From positions 42,656 through 106,655 of the forward strand of contig JAUVXU010000004.1 of NCBI GenBank assembly GCA_030603445.1: a stretch of 64,000 nt of DNA. The letters are read 5' to 3'. Below are positions 32,141-41,244 of the stretch, piece by piece; the first letter of the stretch is position 1; each line of letters begins with the position of its first letter. The position numbers and the translations under genes were made by a program. A model generated the notes under the pieces. That model was not told the origin of the DNA, made no database searches, and was given only the letters and a program-made list of their open reading frames with translations. The DNA comes from Methanomicrobia archaeon (GTDB lineage Archaea > Methanobacteriota_B > Thermococci > Methanofastidiosales > NM3).

Positions 32141-33054
32141 GCATGAACACGTATGTTAAGATAAAGAGCCCGGCAACACTGGCGAACTTCGGCCCAGGCT
32201 TCGATGTATTTGGCATCGCTCTAGAAAAACCATATGACATAGTGGAACTGGAGATCTCTAGTGGTCCTTCAACAATTACTACAAAGAACTATGATTTGCC
32301 TACAAACATACACAAAAACGTTGCATCGTATGCCGCACTAAAGCTTTTTGAAAAAAATGGGAAAAACACCAGCTTCTCCATGGCCCTTGAAAAAGGAATT
32401 CGCCCGGCAAGCGGTATGGGGAGCTCAGGCGCATCTAGTGTTGGCGGCGCATATGCGGCCGCCGCGCTTTGCGGCACTGTAAATGACAAGGACGTTATCA
32501 TGGCCGCCGCAGAAGGGGAAAGGATATCATCAGGCAATGCACACGCAGACAATGTTGTCCCCTGCTATATGGGGGGTTTTACTTCGATCGTCTCCATAGA
32601 CCCATTAAATGTCATTAATATCTTTCCTGAGGGCCTAAATATAGTTGCGGTGCTCCCAGACATCAAGGTAAGCACCAAGAAGGCACGAGCGATACTACCG
32701 GACAAGGTCCCGATGGCAGATGCAGTATCAAATGTGGCCATGGCATCATGCGTTGTGCACAGCCTTATGAAAAAAGACTATAAGGCACTCGGTATAGCTC
32801 TTGAGGACCGCCTCTCAATACCATATAGGAAAACGCTAGTTACAGGATATGACGATGCACGAAAAGCTGCACTTGACAGCGGAGCCATGGCGTTCTCACT
32901 TGGCGGTTCTGGACCAGCGGTGTTCGCAATAGTTGATAATAACAAGAAAGAGGTAGCTGATGCCATTGGAGATGCGTTCGCAGACAAAGGCATAGGCTGC
33001 ACAAAATATATGACCAAGATAGGGGATGGCGCCCAGATCCTGGCATTAGAATAG
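32137..33054 (+). CDS. thrB: Homoserine kinase
   Basis: PATLANFGPGFD, GMGSSGAS, HADNV, GSGP. Confidence 0.95.
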   Translation: MSMNTYVKIKSPATLANFGPGFDVFGIALEKPYDIVELEISSGPSTITTKNYDLPTNIHKNVASYAALKLFEKNGKNTSFSMALEKGIRPASGMGSSGASSVGGAYAAAALCGTVNDKDVIMAAAEGERISSGNAHADNVVPCYMGGFTSIVSIDPLNVINIFPEGLNIVAVLPDIKVSTKKARAILPDKVPMADAVSNVAMASCVVHSLMKKDYKALGIALEDRLSIPYRKTLVTGYDDARKAALDSGAMAFSLGGSGPAVFAIVDNNKKEVADAIGDAFADKGIGCTKYMTKIGDGAQILALE

Positions 33055-33063
33055 GTGATTATT

Positions 33064-34254
33064 ATGCATTACTTACGTTGTATAACTTGTGGAAAGCGCT
33101 ATGAACCTGATGATATAGTGTACAACTGCTCATGCGGGTCCATCCTTGAGGCTGTAATAGACCTTAGCGAAGTTGAAAATATATTTGATGGTGTGAATCC
33201 TTCTGTATGGAAGTACAGCTCGTTTCTTCCTGTCGAAAAAAAAGCATCGCTGCATGAGGGGGGAACCCCCCTATATGAATCAATAAATCTTAAAAAAGAC
33301 ATAGGTTACAAAAGATTGTTTATAAAAAATGAAGGCGAGAACCCCACCTGCTCATTCAAAGACAGAGGAATGACAGTAGGTGTCAGCAAGGCACTGGAAC
33401 TGGGGATGAAAAAAGTTGCATGCGCTTCTACAGGGAACACGTCTGCATCTCTTGCAGCCTACTCTGCCCACGCAAATCTAGAATGCTTCGTGATGATCCC
33501 GTCAGGAAAAATAGCACTCGGGAAACTTGCACAGGCAATAATTTATGGTGCAAAGGTAATCCCCATAAACGGGAACTTCGACCAGGCACTTGAAGCTGTT
33601 ATGTCTGCCTCTAAAGCGTTTGGCATCTACTTGCTAAACTCCATAAATCCCTATAGGCTTGAAGGCCAAAAAACTATAGCATTTGAGATATACGACCAGC
33701 TTGGGGAAGTGCCAGACAGGATAATACTTCCCGTAGGAAATGCAGGGAACATATCCGCCATATGGAAGGGATTCAAGGAACTAAAAGGAGCAGGGATAAC
33801 GGATGCTCTCCCAAAAATGTCCGGTATCCAGGCGCAGGGATCCATGCCTATGGTAAACATGTATATTAAAGGAGAAGAAACGCTTGTCCCAGAAAAGAAT
33901 CCTGACACCTTGGCAACAGCCATTCGTATCGGAAATCCTGTCAGCTGGCAAAAAGCAATAAATGCGGTGCGTGAGTCAAAAGGCCTAATGGAGTCCGTTA
34001 CCGACGAGGAGATACTTGCAGCGCAAAGAAAGCTGTCCTCACGCGAGGGCATCTTTGTCGAACCTGCATCGGCCTCATCCGTTGCAGGCCTTATGAAGTT
34101 GCATGAGAATGGAGATATTGATGAAGATGAGACTACGGTCCTCATCACAACAGGACACGGCCTAAAGGACCCTAATGCCGTGACCGAGTCGATTAAAATA
34201 ATGGATCCTATTGATTGTGATATGGATACTTTGAGAAAAATACTAGGTGAATGA
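33064..34254 (+). CDS. thrC: Threonine synthase
   Basis: NPTCSFKDRG (PLP lysine), CASTGNT, PVGNAGN, TGHGLKD. Confidence 0.95.
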   Translation: MHYLRCITCGKRYEPDDIVYNCSCGSILEAVIDLSEVENIFDGVNPSVWKYSSFLPVEKKASLHEGGTPLYESINLKKDIGYKRLFIKNEGENPTCSFKDRGMTVGVSKALELGMKKVACASTGNTSASLAAYSAHANLECFVMIPSGKIALGKLAQAIIYGAKVIPINGNFDQALEAVMSASKAFGIYLLNSINPYRLEGQKTIAFEIYDQLGEVPDRIILPVGNAGNISAIWKGFKELKGAGITDALPKMSGIQAQGSMPMVNMYIKGEETLVPEKNPDTLATAIRIGNPVSWQKAINAVRESKGLMESVTDEEILAAQRKLSSREGIFVEPASASSVAGLMKLHENGDIDEDETTVLITTGHGLKDPNAVTESIKIMDPIDCDMDTLRKILGE

Positions 34255-35287
34255 AATGAAACTAAACGCAGCAGTCCTAGGAGCGACCGGAATGGTTGGA
34301 CAGCGATTTGTGAAAATGTTGAGTGAAAGCAATTGGTTTGAAGTAGAGTGTATTAGCGCCTCAAAGAGAACAGCAGGAACACGATATAGAGACAACGCTC
34401 TTGGATTCGAATATTCGGACGATATACTTGACATGACCATTGAAGACACCACCAAGAATATCCTAAAAGACCACGATATTGATATTGCATTCTCTGCAAT
34501 TCCTGCCGACATTGCAGGCAAGGTAGAAGCGGATCTTGCAGAAAAAGTTGCTGTTGCCACAAACTCTGCAGCACACCGCATGGATGATGATGTCCCACTA
34601 CTGATACCTGAAGTGAATCCGGACCATTTGGGATTAATAGATGTCCAACGAAAGAAAGGGTGGGAAGGAAGCCTTGTTACAAACCCCAACTGTTCAACTA
34701 TAGTAATGGTGCTATCACTAAAACCCTTGTACGATGCCTTCGGGATAAAAGATATAAAAGTAGCCACGATGCAGGCGGTATCTGGCGCAGGATTTACTGG
34801 CGTATCCTCCATGGGAATACTTGATAATGTCATCCCCTATATCGGAAATGAGGAACACAAGATGCAGACAGAGCCAAAAAAGCTTTTGGGAAGCCTAGAA
34901 GGCGGGAAGATCATCGATGCAAGCTTCAACGTTACTGCACTTTGTACACGTGTGCCGGTCATAGACGGCCACACCGAATCCATATTTGTTGAATTGGAAA
35001 GCGACCCAACAGCAGATGAGTTCACCGAGGCACTGCGTACGTTCAAAGGGTTGCCACAAGAACTAAATTTGCCGTCAGCACCAAAAAATCCTATCGAGAT
35101 ACGCCCTGTCCCGCAACCACGGATGCACCGTGATTTGGGAAATGGTATGGCAGTGACTGCTGGGCGCATCGAGAAGGTGGCGCCTAACAAGTTCAAATAT
35201 GTTGTAATGGGGCATAATACTATTAGAGGCGCTGTTGGCGCATCCATCCTAAATGCAGAGCTTATGGCAGAGAAAAAGTACCTATAA
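34247..35287 (+). CDS. asd: Aspartate-semialdehyde dehydrogenase (archaeal type)
   Basis: LGATGMVGQ, NPNCS, QAVSGAG, RVPVIDGH, HNTIRGA. Confidence 0.96.
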   Translation: MNEMKLNAAVLGATGMVGQRFVKMLSESNWFEVECISASKRTAGTRYRDNALGFEYSDDILDMTIEDTTKNILKDHDIDIAFSAIPADIAGKVEADLAEKVAVATNSAAHRMDDDVPLLIPEVNPDHLGLIDVQRKKGWEGSLVTNPNCSTIVMVLSLKPLYDAFGIKDIKVATMQAVSGAGFTGVSSMGILDNVIPYIGNEEHKMQTEPKKLLGSLEGGKIIDASFNVTALCTRVPVIDGHTESIFVELESDPTADEFTEALRTFKGLPQELNLPSAPKNPIEIRPVPQPRMHRDLGNGMAVTAGRIEKVAPNKFKYVVMGHNTIRGAVGASILNAELMAEKKYL

Positions 35288-35299
35288 GGAGCAGTGAAC

Positions 35300-36337
35300 A
35301 TGAAAAAGTTACGAATCGCAGTAATAGGCCTTGGCGTGGTCGGTACAGGCTTTCTTACTTTGCTTGACGAGAAAAAGGAAGTATTGGAAGACAAATACGA
35401 CCTTACATATGATGTCGTGGCGGTCTGCGACAAAATGCGAGGCTCAATTTATAATCCGGATGGTTTGGATGTTTCCCTCATCCTTAAGGAATCTCCTATG
35501 GCTGATGGACTGGAAGGAACACGAGGCCTTTCCTCTTTTGATATAATAAAGAAACCCGAGGTGGATGTGGTAATAGAAGCAACACCTACAAACCTCAAGA
35601 CAGGAGGAGTCGGGCTTGAGCATGCCAGACGCGCGCTAAGTGCTGGCAAACACTTCATATCAACTAACAAAGCCCCGCCTGCCATAGCATACAAAGAGCT
35701 TACAGACATTGCAAAAAACAATAATGTCTACTACGGATTTGAGGGCACGATACTCTCTGGCACACCAGCAATATCCTTGGCAATACACGGCCTTCCTGCA
35801 AGCGAATTTAAGTCCATAAGGGGTGTTTTAAACGGCACTACGAACTTCATTCTAGAGCGCATGGAAAATGATGGCATGGACTTTGATGAAGCGCTTTTGC
35901 TCGCACAGTCCAAAGGCTATGCTGAGGCAGATCCCTCAAGCGACATTGATGGGTGGGATGTATGTGCAAAGGTCGTTATCATGGCAAACAACATGCTAGG
36001 CTCCAACATGACCCCGGATGATGTCGAGGTAAGGGGATTGCGCAATATAGGCTTATCAGATGTTGAAGCTGCAAAGAAAAAGAAAATGAGGATCAAGATG
36101 GTAGGTTCACTCACCCGCAAGGATAATGGCGGCATCAAAGCGTGTGTTGTGCCCGAATTAGTTGACAGGAGCGACCCGCTCTATCATGTGCACGGGGTGA
36201 CAAATGCTCTTGTATTTGATACAGACACAACTGACACTGTCACTGTCATGGGACCAGGAGCAGGAGGGCGCAGTGCCGGATACGCCATGCTCTACGACCT
36301 TGTTGAAATGCACCGCCACCGCAAACGCCTCTACTGA
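35300..36337 (+). CDS. hom: Homoserine dehydrogenase
   Basis: GLGVVG, STNK, GVLNGTTNFIL, GYAEADP..DIDG, GPGAG. Confidence 0.94.
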   Translation: MKKLRIAVIGLGVVGTGFLTLLDEKKEVLEDKYDLTYDVVAVCDKMRGSIYNPDGLDVSLILKESPMADGLEGTRGLSSFDIIKKPEVDVVIEATPTNLKTGGVGLEHARRALSAGKHFISTNKAPPAIAYKELTDIAKNNNVYYGFEGTILSGTPAISLAIHGLPASEFKSIRGVLNGTTNFILERMENDGMDFDEALLLAQSKGYAEADPSSDIDGWDVCAKVVIMANNMLGSNMTPDDVEVRGLRNIGLSDVEAAKKKKMRIKMVGSLTRKDNGGIKACVVPELVDRSDPLYHVHGVTNALVFDTDTTDTVTVMGPGAGGRSAGYAMLYDLVEMHRHRKRLY

Positions 36338-36373
36338 CGCTATATTTTTATTCTTCTTTTCCTTTCTTTTATT

Positions 36374-37012
36374 GTGAAGGCTAATTCTAGGAACAACACT
36401 TGGCAGCAGCTGGCAGGGATTTGTGGCATGTTGTCCCCGTTTGTTGCCTTTGTGGCAATATCTATTGCAATTTCAAATGCGCCGCCTTTTGTGTGGAAGG
36501 AGAACTGGCTTAGCGACCTTGGGGTCTACGAAGGAGCGTCATATTACTTCAATACGGGGATTTTTTTTACAGGCATCCTGGGAATAGGGCTTGGCAGCGG
36601 GTTGTACCGCAAGTATATGAAATCACGAACTTCAAGAATAGGGGCCGCACTATTTATTTCTGGTTCAGTAGCATTGTGCGGAGTAGGGGTGTTTACAGAA
36701 AACGCAGGTGATATCCACTTCTACACCTCCGCCCTCTTCTTCATTCTTGTACCATTATCCATAATTATTATGGGTGTTTATGATATAGTGCACTACCATA
36801 TTAAGCAAGCGTACCTAACGACTGCATGCGCCACTGGCGCCTATATCGCGTGGCTATTGCCATGGCCTGGAACAGGTGGCGCGCTTCCAGAAGCTGCTGC
36901 CGCAATACTACTTAGTATCGTATCGTTCATATACGGCATGACACTTGCTGCACCATATTGTCCCCTTAAAAACAAACAATGCATATCTACCAAAAAACAG
37001 GAACAGGCCTAA
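36374..37012 (+). CDS. DUF998-family multi-pass membrane protein
   Basis: NWLSDLG, FN-G, GVFTE...H and several hydrophobic segments. Confidence 0.8.
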   Translation: MKANSRNNTWQQLAGICGMLSPFVAFVAISIAISNAPPFVWKENWLSDLGVYEGASYYFNTGIFFTGILGIGLGSGLYRKYMKSRTSRIGAALFISGSVALCGVGVFTENAGDIHFYTSALFFILVPLSIIIMGVYDIVHYHIKQAYLTTACATGAYIAWLLPWPGTGGALPEAAAAILLSIVSFIYGMTLAAPYCPLKNKQCISTKKQEQA

Positions 37013-37440
37013 AGGTCCACAAGGATATTTTCCTTAAAGGTGTTTAGAACAATAGACGTGTTTGTGCGCTCAATGTACTTCATCGTATGCAGCTCCTTTA
37101 CAAATCTGTTAAGATGGTCTCTGTTCTCGAATCGTCCTATGATCACTGCGTCATAATCTCCCGTAACATCATACACCCCGACCACGTTTGGATATTCAAC
37201 TATCTTTTCCTCTATAAAACGAAGCTTTCCCTTCGAGATGTTAAGGTATATTATTGCCCGAAAGTCAAAACCCACCTTCTCTACATCTACGACAGGTATG
37301 TATCCTTTGATGATTCCGTTATCTTCCATGCGCTTTATGCGATGCGATACCGTACCAACAGAAAGATGAATAATTTGTGCAATCTCCCTAAACGAAAGCC
37401 GTGCATCCTTGTTTAGGACGCGTATTATCTGCTTATCCAC
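37009..37440 (-). CDS. Lrp/AsnC-family transcriptional regulator
   Basis: DKQII..L..DARLS HTH, GIIKGY, YDVTGDYD. Confidence 0.93.
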   Translation of the reverse strand: MDKQIIRVLNKDARLSFREIAQIIHLSVGTVSHRIKRMEDNGIIKGYIPVVDVEKVGFDFRAIIYLNISKGKLRFIEEKIVEYPNVVGVYDVTGDYDAVIIGRFENRDHLNRFVKELHTMKYIERTNTSIVLNTFKENILVDL

Positions 37441-37478
37441 CTCGTCTATATTTTCCCCTATAATACCATCTCCATTTA

Positions 37479-37531
37479 TCAGTACTCAAGATCCTCATCA
37501 CAGCTGTCGCTCAGTCGGGATTTTTCATCAC
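37479..37531 (-). ncRNA. Box C/D guide sRNA; D guide predicted to target C34 of tRNA-Leu(CAA)
   Basis: Minus strand reads GTGATGA-AAAATCCCGA-CTGA-gcgacagct-GTGATGA-GGATCTTGAGTA-CTGA. Confidence 0.85.
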
Positions 37532-37601
37532 CTGCATACATTTGAACAAAGTGATAAAAATGTTTCCAAAAAAAAGGAATAAAAAGAAAGGATGGGAAAG
37601 C

Positions 37602-38822
37602 TTATTTTACAGGCTGACCCTGTTCACGGGTCCATCGCTGCGATTCACCACGCACCACCATATCTATGGCGCCAACAGGGCATACAACAGCGCAGAGTGC
37701 GCATCCAAGGCACTCCTCGTCATCAATGTCGTTTATCTTCGGGACCTTTATTGCCCCTCCGCCAGTATCGCCGCATGCCACCGTGCACCTATTGCAGTGA
37801 AGGCATTTTCCAACGTCCACTTCAGGGTATAGGTGGTCCTCGACCTCGAGATCCTCATATGATGTCACCGCGTCAAGTGCGACTCCCACCATATCAGCGA
37901 CGGTATCATACCCCTGCCCATCCATAAACTCAAGTGTCTTTCGCTTCCATTTCTCCACAATCCCAAAGCCATACCACATGGCTGCTGTGACATTCTGGGT
38001 CGTTGCTGCGCCAAGCATTATGTGCTCTACAGCATTTTTCCAGCTGTCAATGCCGCCTACCCCGGAAATTGGCAGCTTCACCTCTTTTGCAAGCTCGGCA
38101 ACTATGCGAAGGGCTATAGGGCGTACCTGCGGGCCGCTGTTGCCTGAGACCAGTCCCCTTCCAAGAACGTTTGGCGCCACCACCTTTTGGTAGATATCAA
38201 CATCTATTATCCCTGCAACAGTGTTAATGGCTGCAAGCGCATCTGCGCCCCCCTTCTTTGCGGCCTTTCCCATCTGCACTATATCTGTGACGTTTGGCGT
38301 AAGCTTTGTCATCACAGGTATTGACACCTCGTCCTTTACCGCTTTTGTCACCCCGTGGACTAGCTGCGGGTCCTGCCCTATGAACATGCCCATATGCTCC
38401 TCCGGGCATCCGTGGGGGCAGGATACGTTTAGCTCTATTATGCTTGCGCCATGCTCCTCGCACCATCTTCCAAGTGCTGCCCAATCGTCAAGATCGGGTG
38501 TTGCCATTATCGATACTATAAACGGCGCCTTGGTATCCTGCAGCACCTTTATCTCCTTATCCCACCACTCAAGGCCATGTGTTGTTATAAGCTCGCAGTT
38601 CTGCAGACCGTAAAGTGAGTTATGGCGCCTTGCGCCCATAAGGCGCGGCCTGACATCCGGCCTGACGTTCTTGTCAAAAGACAGTGTCTTGACGACGCAA
38701 GAGCCCCATCCCTTATCAATTATCTTACGCATATGCTCCCCAGTAAGTGTCGGAGACGCAGACCCTATAAAGAACGGATTGTCAAATTCTATTCCTAAAA
38801 ACTCTGTTCGTAATGATGCCAT
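37602..38822 (-). CDS. preA: Dihydropyrimidine dehydrogenase PreA-like subunit, copy 2 (FMN barrel + 2x[4Fe-4S])
   Basis: ELNVSCPHG, KLTPN, INT, SGVGGI, C-terminal CxxCxxCxxxC pairs; start moved to ATG 38822 (MASLRTEFLG). Confidence 0.88.
   Translation of the reverse strand: MASLRTEFLGIEFDNPFFIGSASPTLTGEHMRKIIDKGWGSCVVKTLSFDKNVRPDVRPRLMGARRHNSLYGLQNCELITTHGLEWWDKEIKVLQDTKAPFIVSIMATPDLDDWAALGRWCEEHGASIIELNVSCPHGCPEEHMGMFIGQDPQLVHGVTKAVKDEVSIPVMTKLTPNVTDIVQMGKAAKKGGADALAAINTVAGIIDVDIYQKVVAPNVLGRGLVSGNSGPQVRPIALRIVAELAKEVKLPISGVGGIDSWKNAVEHIMLGAATTQNVTAAMWYGFGIVEKWKRKTLEFMDGQGYDTVADMVGVALDAVTSYEDLEVEDHLYPEVDVGKCLHCNRCTVACGDTGGGAIKVPKINDIDDEECLGCALCAVVCPVGAIDMVVRGESQRWTREQGQPVK
38236..38507. repeat. 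272-bp near-identical direct repeat, second copy at 39470-39741
   Basis: About 6 mismatches by eye; a further ~92-bp block at 37621-37712 matches 38855-38946 with the same 1234-bp offset. Confidence 0.9.
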
Positions 38823-38826
38823 TTCC

Positions 38827-40056
38827 TCACACCCCCTTCTCCACTGGCGGCCCTTGTTCACGGGTCCATCGCTGCGATTCACCACGCACCACCATATCTA
38901 TGGCGCCAACAGGGCATACAACGGCGCAGAGTGCGCACCCAAGGCATTTCTCATCATCTATGTCGTTTAGATAAGGGGTTGTTATGGCGCCTCCTCCCGT
39001 GTCCCCACAGGCTATCTTGCATCTCTGGCATTGCACGCACACATCGTCGTTTACTTCAGGATACAGATGGTCCTCGACCTCAAGATCCTCATAACTGCTA
39101 AGAGACGGCAGTGCAAGGCCAATTAGCTCGTCTACCGATTCGTAGCCTTCCTCGTGCATGAACTCAAGCATACGGCGCTTCCATTCCTGGACAAATCCAA
39201 ATCCCTCAAACATCGCCTCCGTTACCACCTGAACAGTGGATGCGCCAAGCATCATCATCCCGATAGCTGCCTGCCAGCTGTCAATGCCGCCTATTCCTGA
39301 AATTGGCAGCTTTACGTTTTGTGCAAGGTCTGCAACCCACTTGTACGCAATCATACGCACAGACGCTCCGCTGTTGCCGGAGATGGTGCCATGTGTTAGC
39401 ACCATTGGCGCAGGAAGCCTTTTGTATATGTCAACAGCATTTATGCCTGCAATAGTATTAATGGTGGATAGCGCATCTGCGCCCCCTTTCTTTGCAGCCT
39501 TTCCCATCTGCACTATATCTGTGACGTTTGGCGTAAGCTTTGTCATCACAGGTATTGACACCTCGTCCTTTACCGCTTTTGTCACGTCATGGACTAGCTG
39601 CGGGTCCTGGCCTATGAACATGCCCATATGCTCCTCCGGGCATCCGTGGGGGCAGGATACGTTTAGCTCTATTATGCTTGCGCCATGCTCCTCGCACCAT
39701 CTTCCAAGTGCTGCCCAATCGTCAAGATCGGGTGTTGCCATAATGGAGACCATCATCGGGGCATCAAGCCCTTTTAGCATCCTCAACTGCCCTTCCCACC
39801 AATCAAGATTGTGTGTGGTGATAAGCTCGCAGTTCTGCAGATTTATTATATTAGAATAACGGCCAATACCATTTAGGCGCGGCCTGACATCCGGCCTGAC
39901 GTTCTTGTCAAGGGACAGTGTCTTAACGACATAGGACCCCCATCCGGCATCGACTATCTTTCGCATATGTGCTCCGTCAACAGTAGGGGATGCGGAGCCT
40001 ATGATTAGTGGATTATCCATCTCAAATCCCAAAAACTCAGTTCTTAAATCTGTCAT
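38827..40056 (-). CDS. preA: Dihydropyrimidine dehydrogenase PreA-like subunit, copy 1
   Basis: Same motifs as copy 2: ELNVSCPHG, KLTPN, SGIGGI, ferredoxin tail. Confidence 0.88.
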   Translation of the reverse strand: MTDLRTEFLGFEMDNPLIIGSASPTVDGAHMRKIVDAGWGSYVVKTLSLDKNVRPDVRPRLNGIGRYSNIINLQNCELITTHNLDWWEGQLRMLKGLDAPMMVSIMATPDLDDWAALGRWCEEHGASIIELNVSCPHGCPEEHMGMFIGQDPQLVHDVTKAVKDEVSIPVMTKLTPNVTDIVQMGKAAKKGGADALSTINTIAGINAVDIYKRLPAPMVLTHGTISGNSGASVRMIAYKWVADLAQNVKLPISGIGGIDSWQAAIGMMMLGASTVQVVTEAMFEGFGFVQEWKRRMLEFMHEEGYESVDELIGLALPSLSSYEDLEVEDHLYPEVNDDVCVQCQRCKIACGDTGGGAITTPYLNDIDDEKCLGCALCAVVCPVGAIDMVVRGESQRWTREQGPPVEKGV

Positions 40057-40062
40057 TCCTAA

Positions 40063-41229
40063 TCACCTAGCCGCCCTCAGTCCCATCACAGATGGCGTTA
40101 CTGAATACTTTGACCCTGCTGCAGCACGCACCTGCTCTATATCGTTTGTTGTTAGTACCACGGGCTTCTGGTGTTCATCTCCCCTATTGATGGTCACGGT
40201 CTCAAAGAAACCTCGCTTGAGCCCAAACTCCAACAGGGCGGATACAACTCCCCCATCCTGAACATTTCCCTCAACGCGTTTTGCCCTCGCAGAAAAGAAC
40301 ATGACATCTTTTGTGTTTGCCCACTGTTTATGAAATGCTGTTGTCCTTGGGCATACCATGTAACAATAGCCGCATGCAACATCCGGGCATCTGTTGATGC
40401 CATATGGGCGATCGTTGTCAAATTTTATATTATTATCAGGGCATACGAGCCCGCAAGCGCCGCAGTCCACACACTGCCCTTGAAGTATCACATCCTCTTC
40501 AAGCTCTGTGAAGATGTTTTTTTCGTTGACATTGTGCATGAATTTCTCAGGTTCTTCCTCCTTGTCCCATGTGTCAAGGAAATTAATTTTAAATCCTTTT
40601 TTCTTGCGCTTTTTCCCATTCTTATATGCCTGATTCTTGTTAAACTCATATAGCTTGCCAAGTGCATCCTTATCATGGATATCCTCTACTTCTATTACTC
40701 CTGTGACAAGCGCTTTTTTGAAAAATATCTTTCCGGGATCTGTGCGAAGGACAACTGTTGAATAACCTTCTGAAGAACCGATTCCTCCAACAGATATATC
40801 TGAAAAATCAGCCATAAGGTCGGGGCACAGCTTGCAATTTCCCCGTGCATAAGGCGCAAACTCTTTTATTTGGCATGAAAGGACATCCTCAGGCGTATGC
40901 ACATATAGCCTGCCGCCTGATATGTTCACCTTCTTCACCATATCCATAGGGACGCCCCACTTGTGTCTGATAAACTCTTCAACACTATTATAGGCGAAGT
41001 TCTCTGTACAAAATAATCCTATGACAAACTGTTTTCCTCTTGGCCAAAATGGATAATCGAAGTAAACACGTTCCTCCACCTTTGGAAGCGCCCTTAATAC
41101 CTTGGTCATCTTCTCGATTTTTCGAACTGCGTTGGCTTGGCAACCCACACCGACAAAACAGTTCTTGGCCAATAGGCATCCGTTGGTGCCGGATGCATTG
41201 GCTTTAACTATCCTCATTACATCTGCCAT
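40063..41229 (-). CDS. FrhB/FpoF-family flavin/Fe-S protein with apparent circularly permuted domain order
   Basis: FrhB C-terminal motifs (VGVGCQ, IGLFCTENF, CKLC, DISVGGIGS..STVVLRT) precede a 2x[4Fe-4S] ferredoxin and the FrhB N-terminal motifs (QDGGVVSAL, AAGSKY). Confidence 0.85.
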   Translation of the reverse strand: MADVMRIVKANASGTNGCLLAKNCFVGVGCQANAVRKIEKMTKVLRALPKVEERVYFDYPFWPRGKQFVIGLFCTENFAYNSVEEFIRHKWGVPMDMVKKVNISGGRLYVHTPEDVLSCQIKEFAPYARGNCKLCPDLMADFSDISVGGIGSSEGYSTVVLRTDPGKIFFKKALVTGVIEVEDIHDKDALGKLYEFNKNQAYKNGKKRKKKGFKINFLDTWDKEEEPEKFMHNVNEKNIFTELEEDVILQGQCVDCGACGLVCPDNNIKFDNDRPYGINRCPDVACGYCYMVCPRTTAFHKQWANTKDVMFFSARAKRVEGNVQDGGVVSALLEFGLKRGFFETVTINRGDEHQKPVVLTTNDIEQVRAAAGSKYSVTPSVMGLRAAR

Positions 41230-41244
41230 GCAGACCCCTTCAGC

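Noticed and set aside
38823..38885. 21-aa N-terminal extension of PreA copy 2 in the ORF track
   Set aside because: It overlaps the preA1 3' end; alignment with the paralogue and the RBS place the start at 38822.
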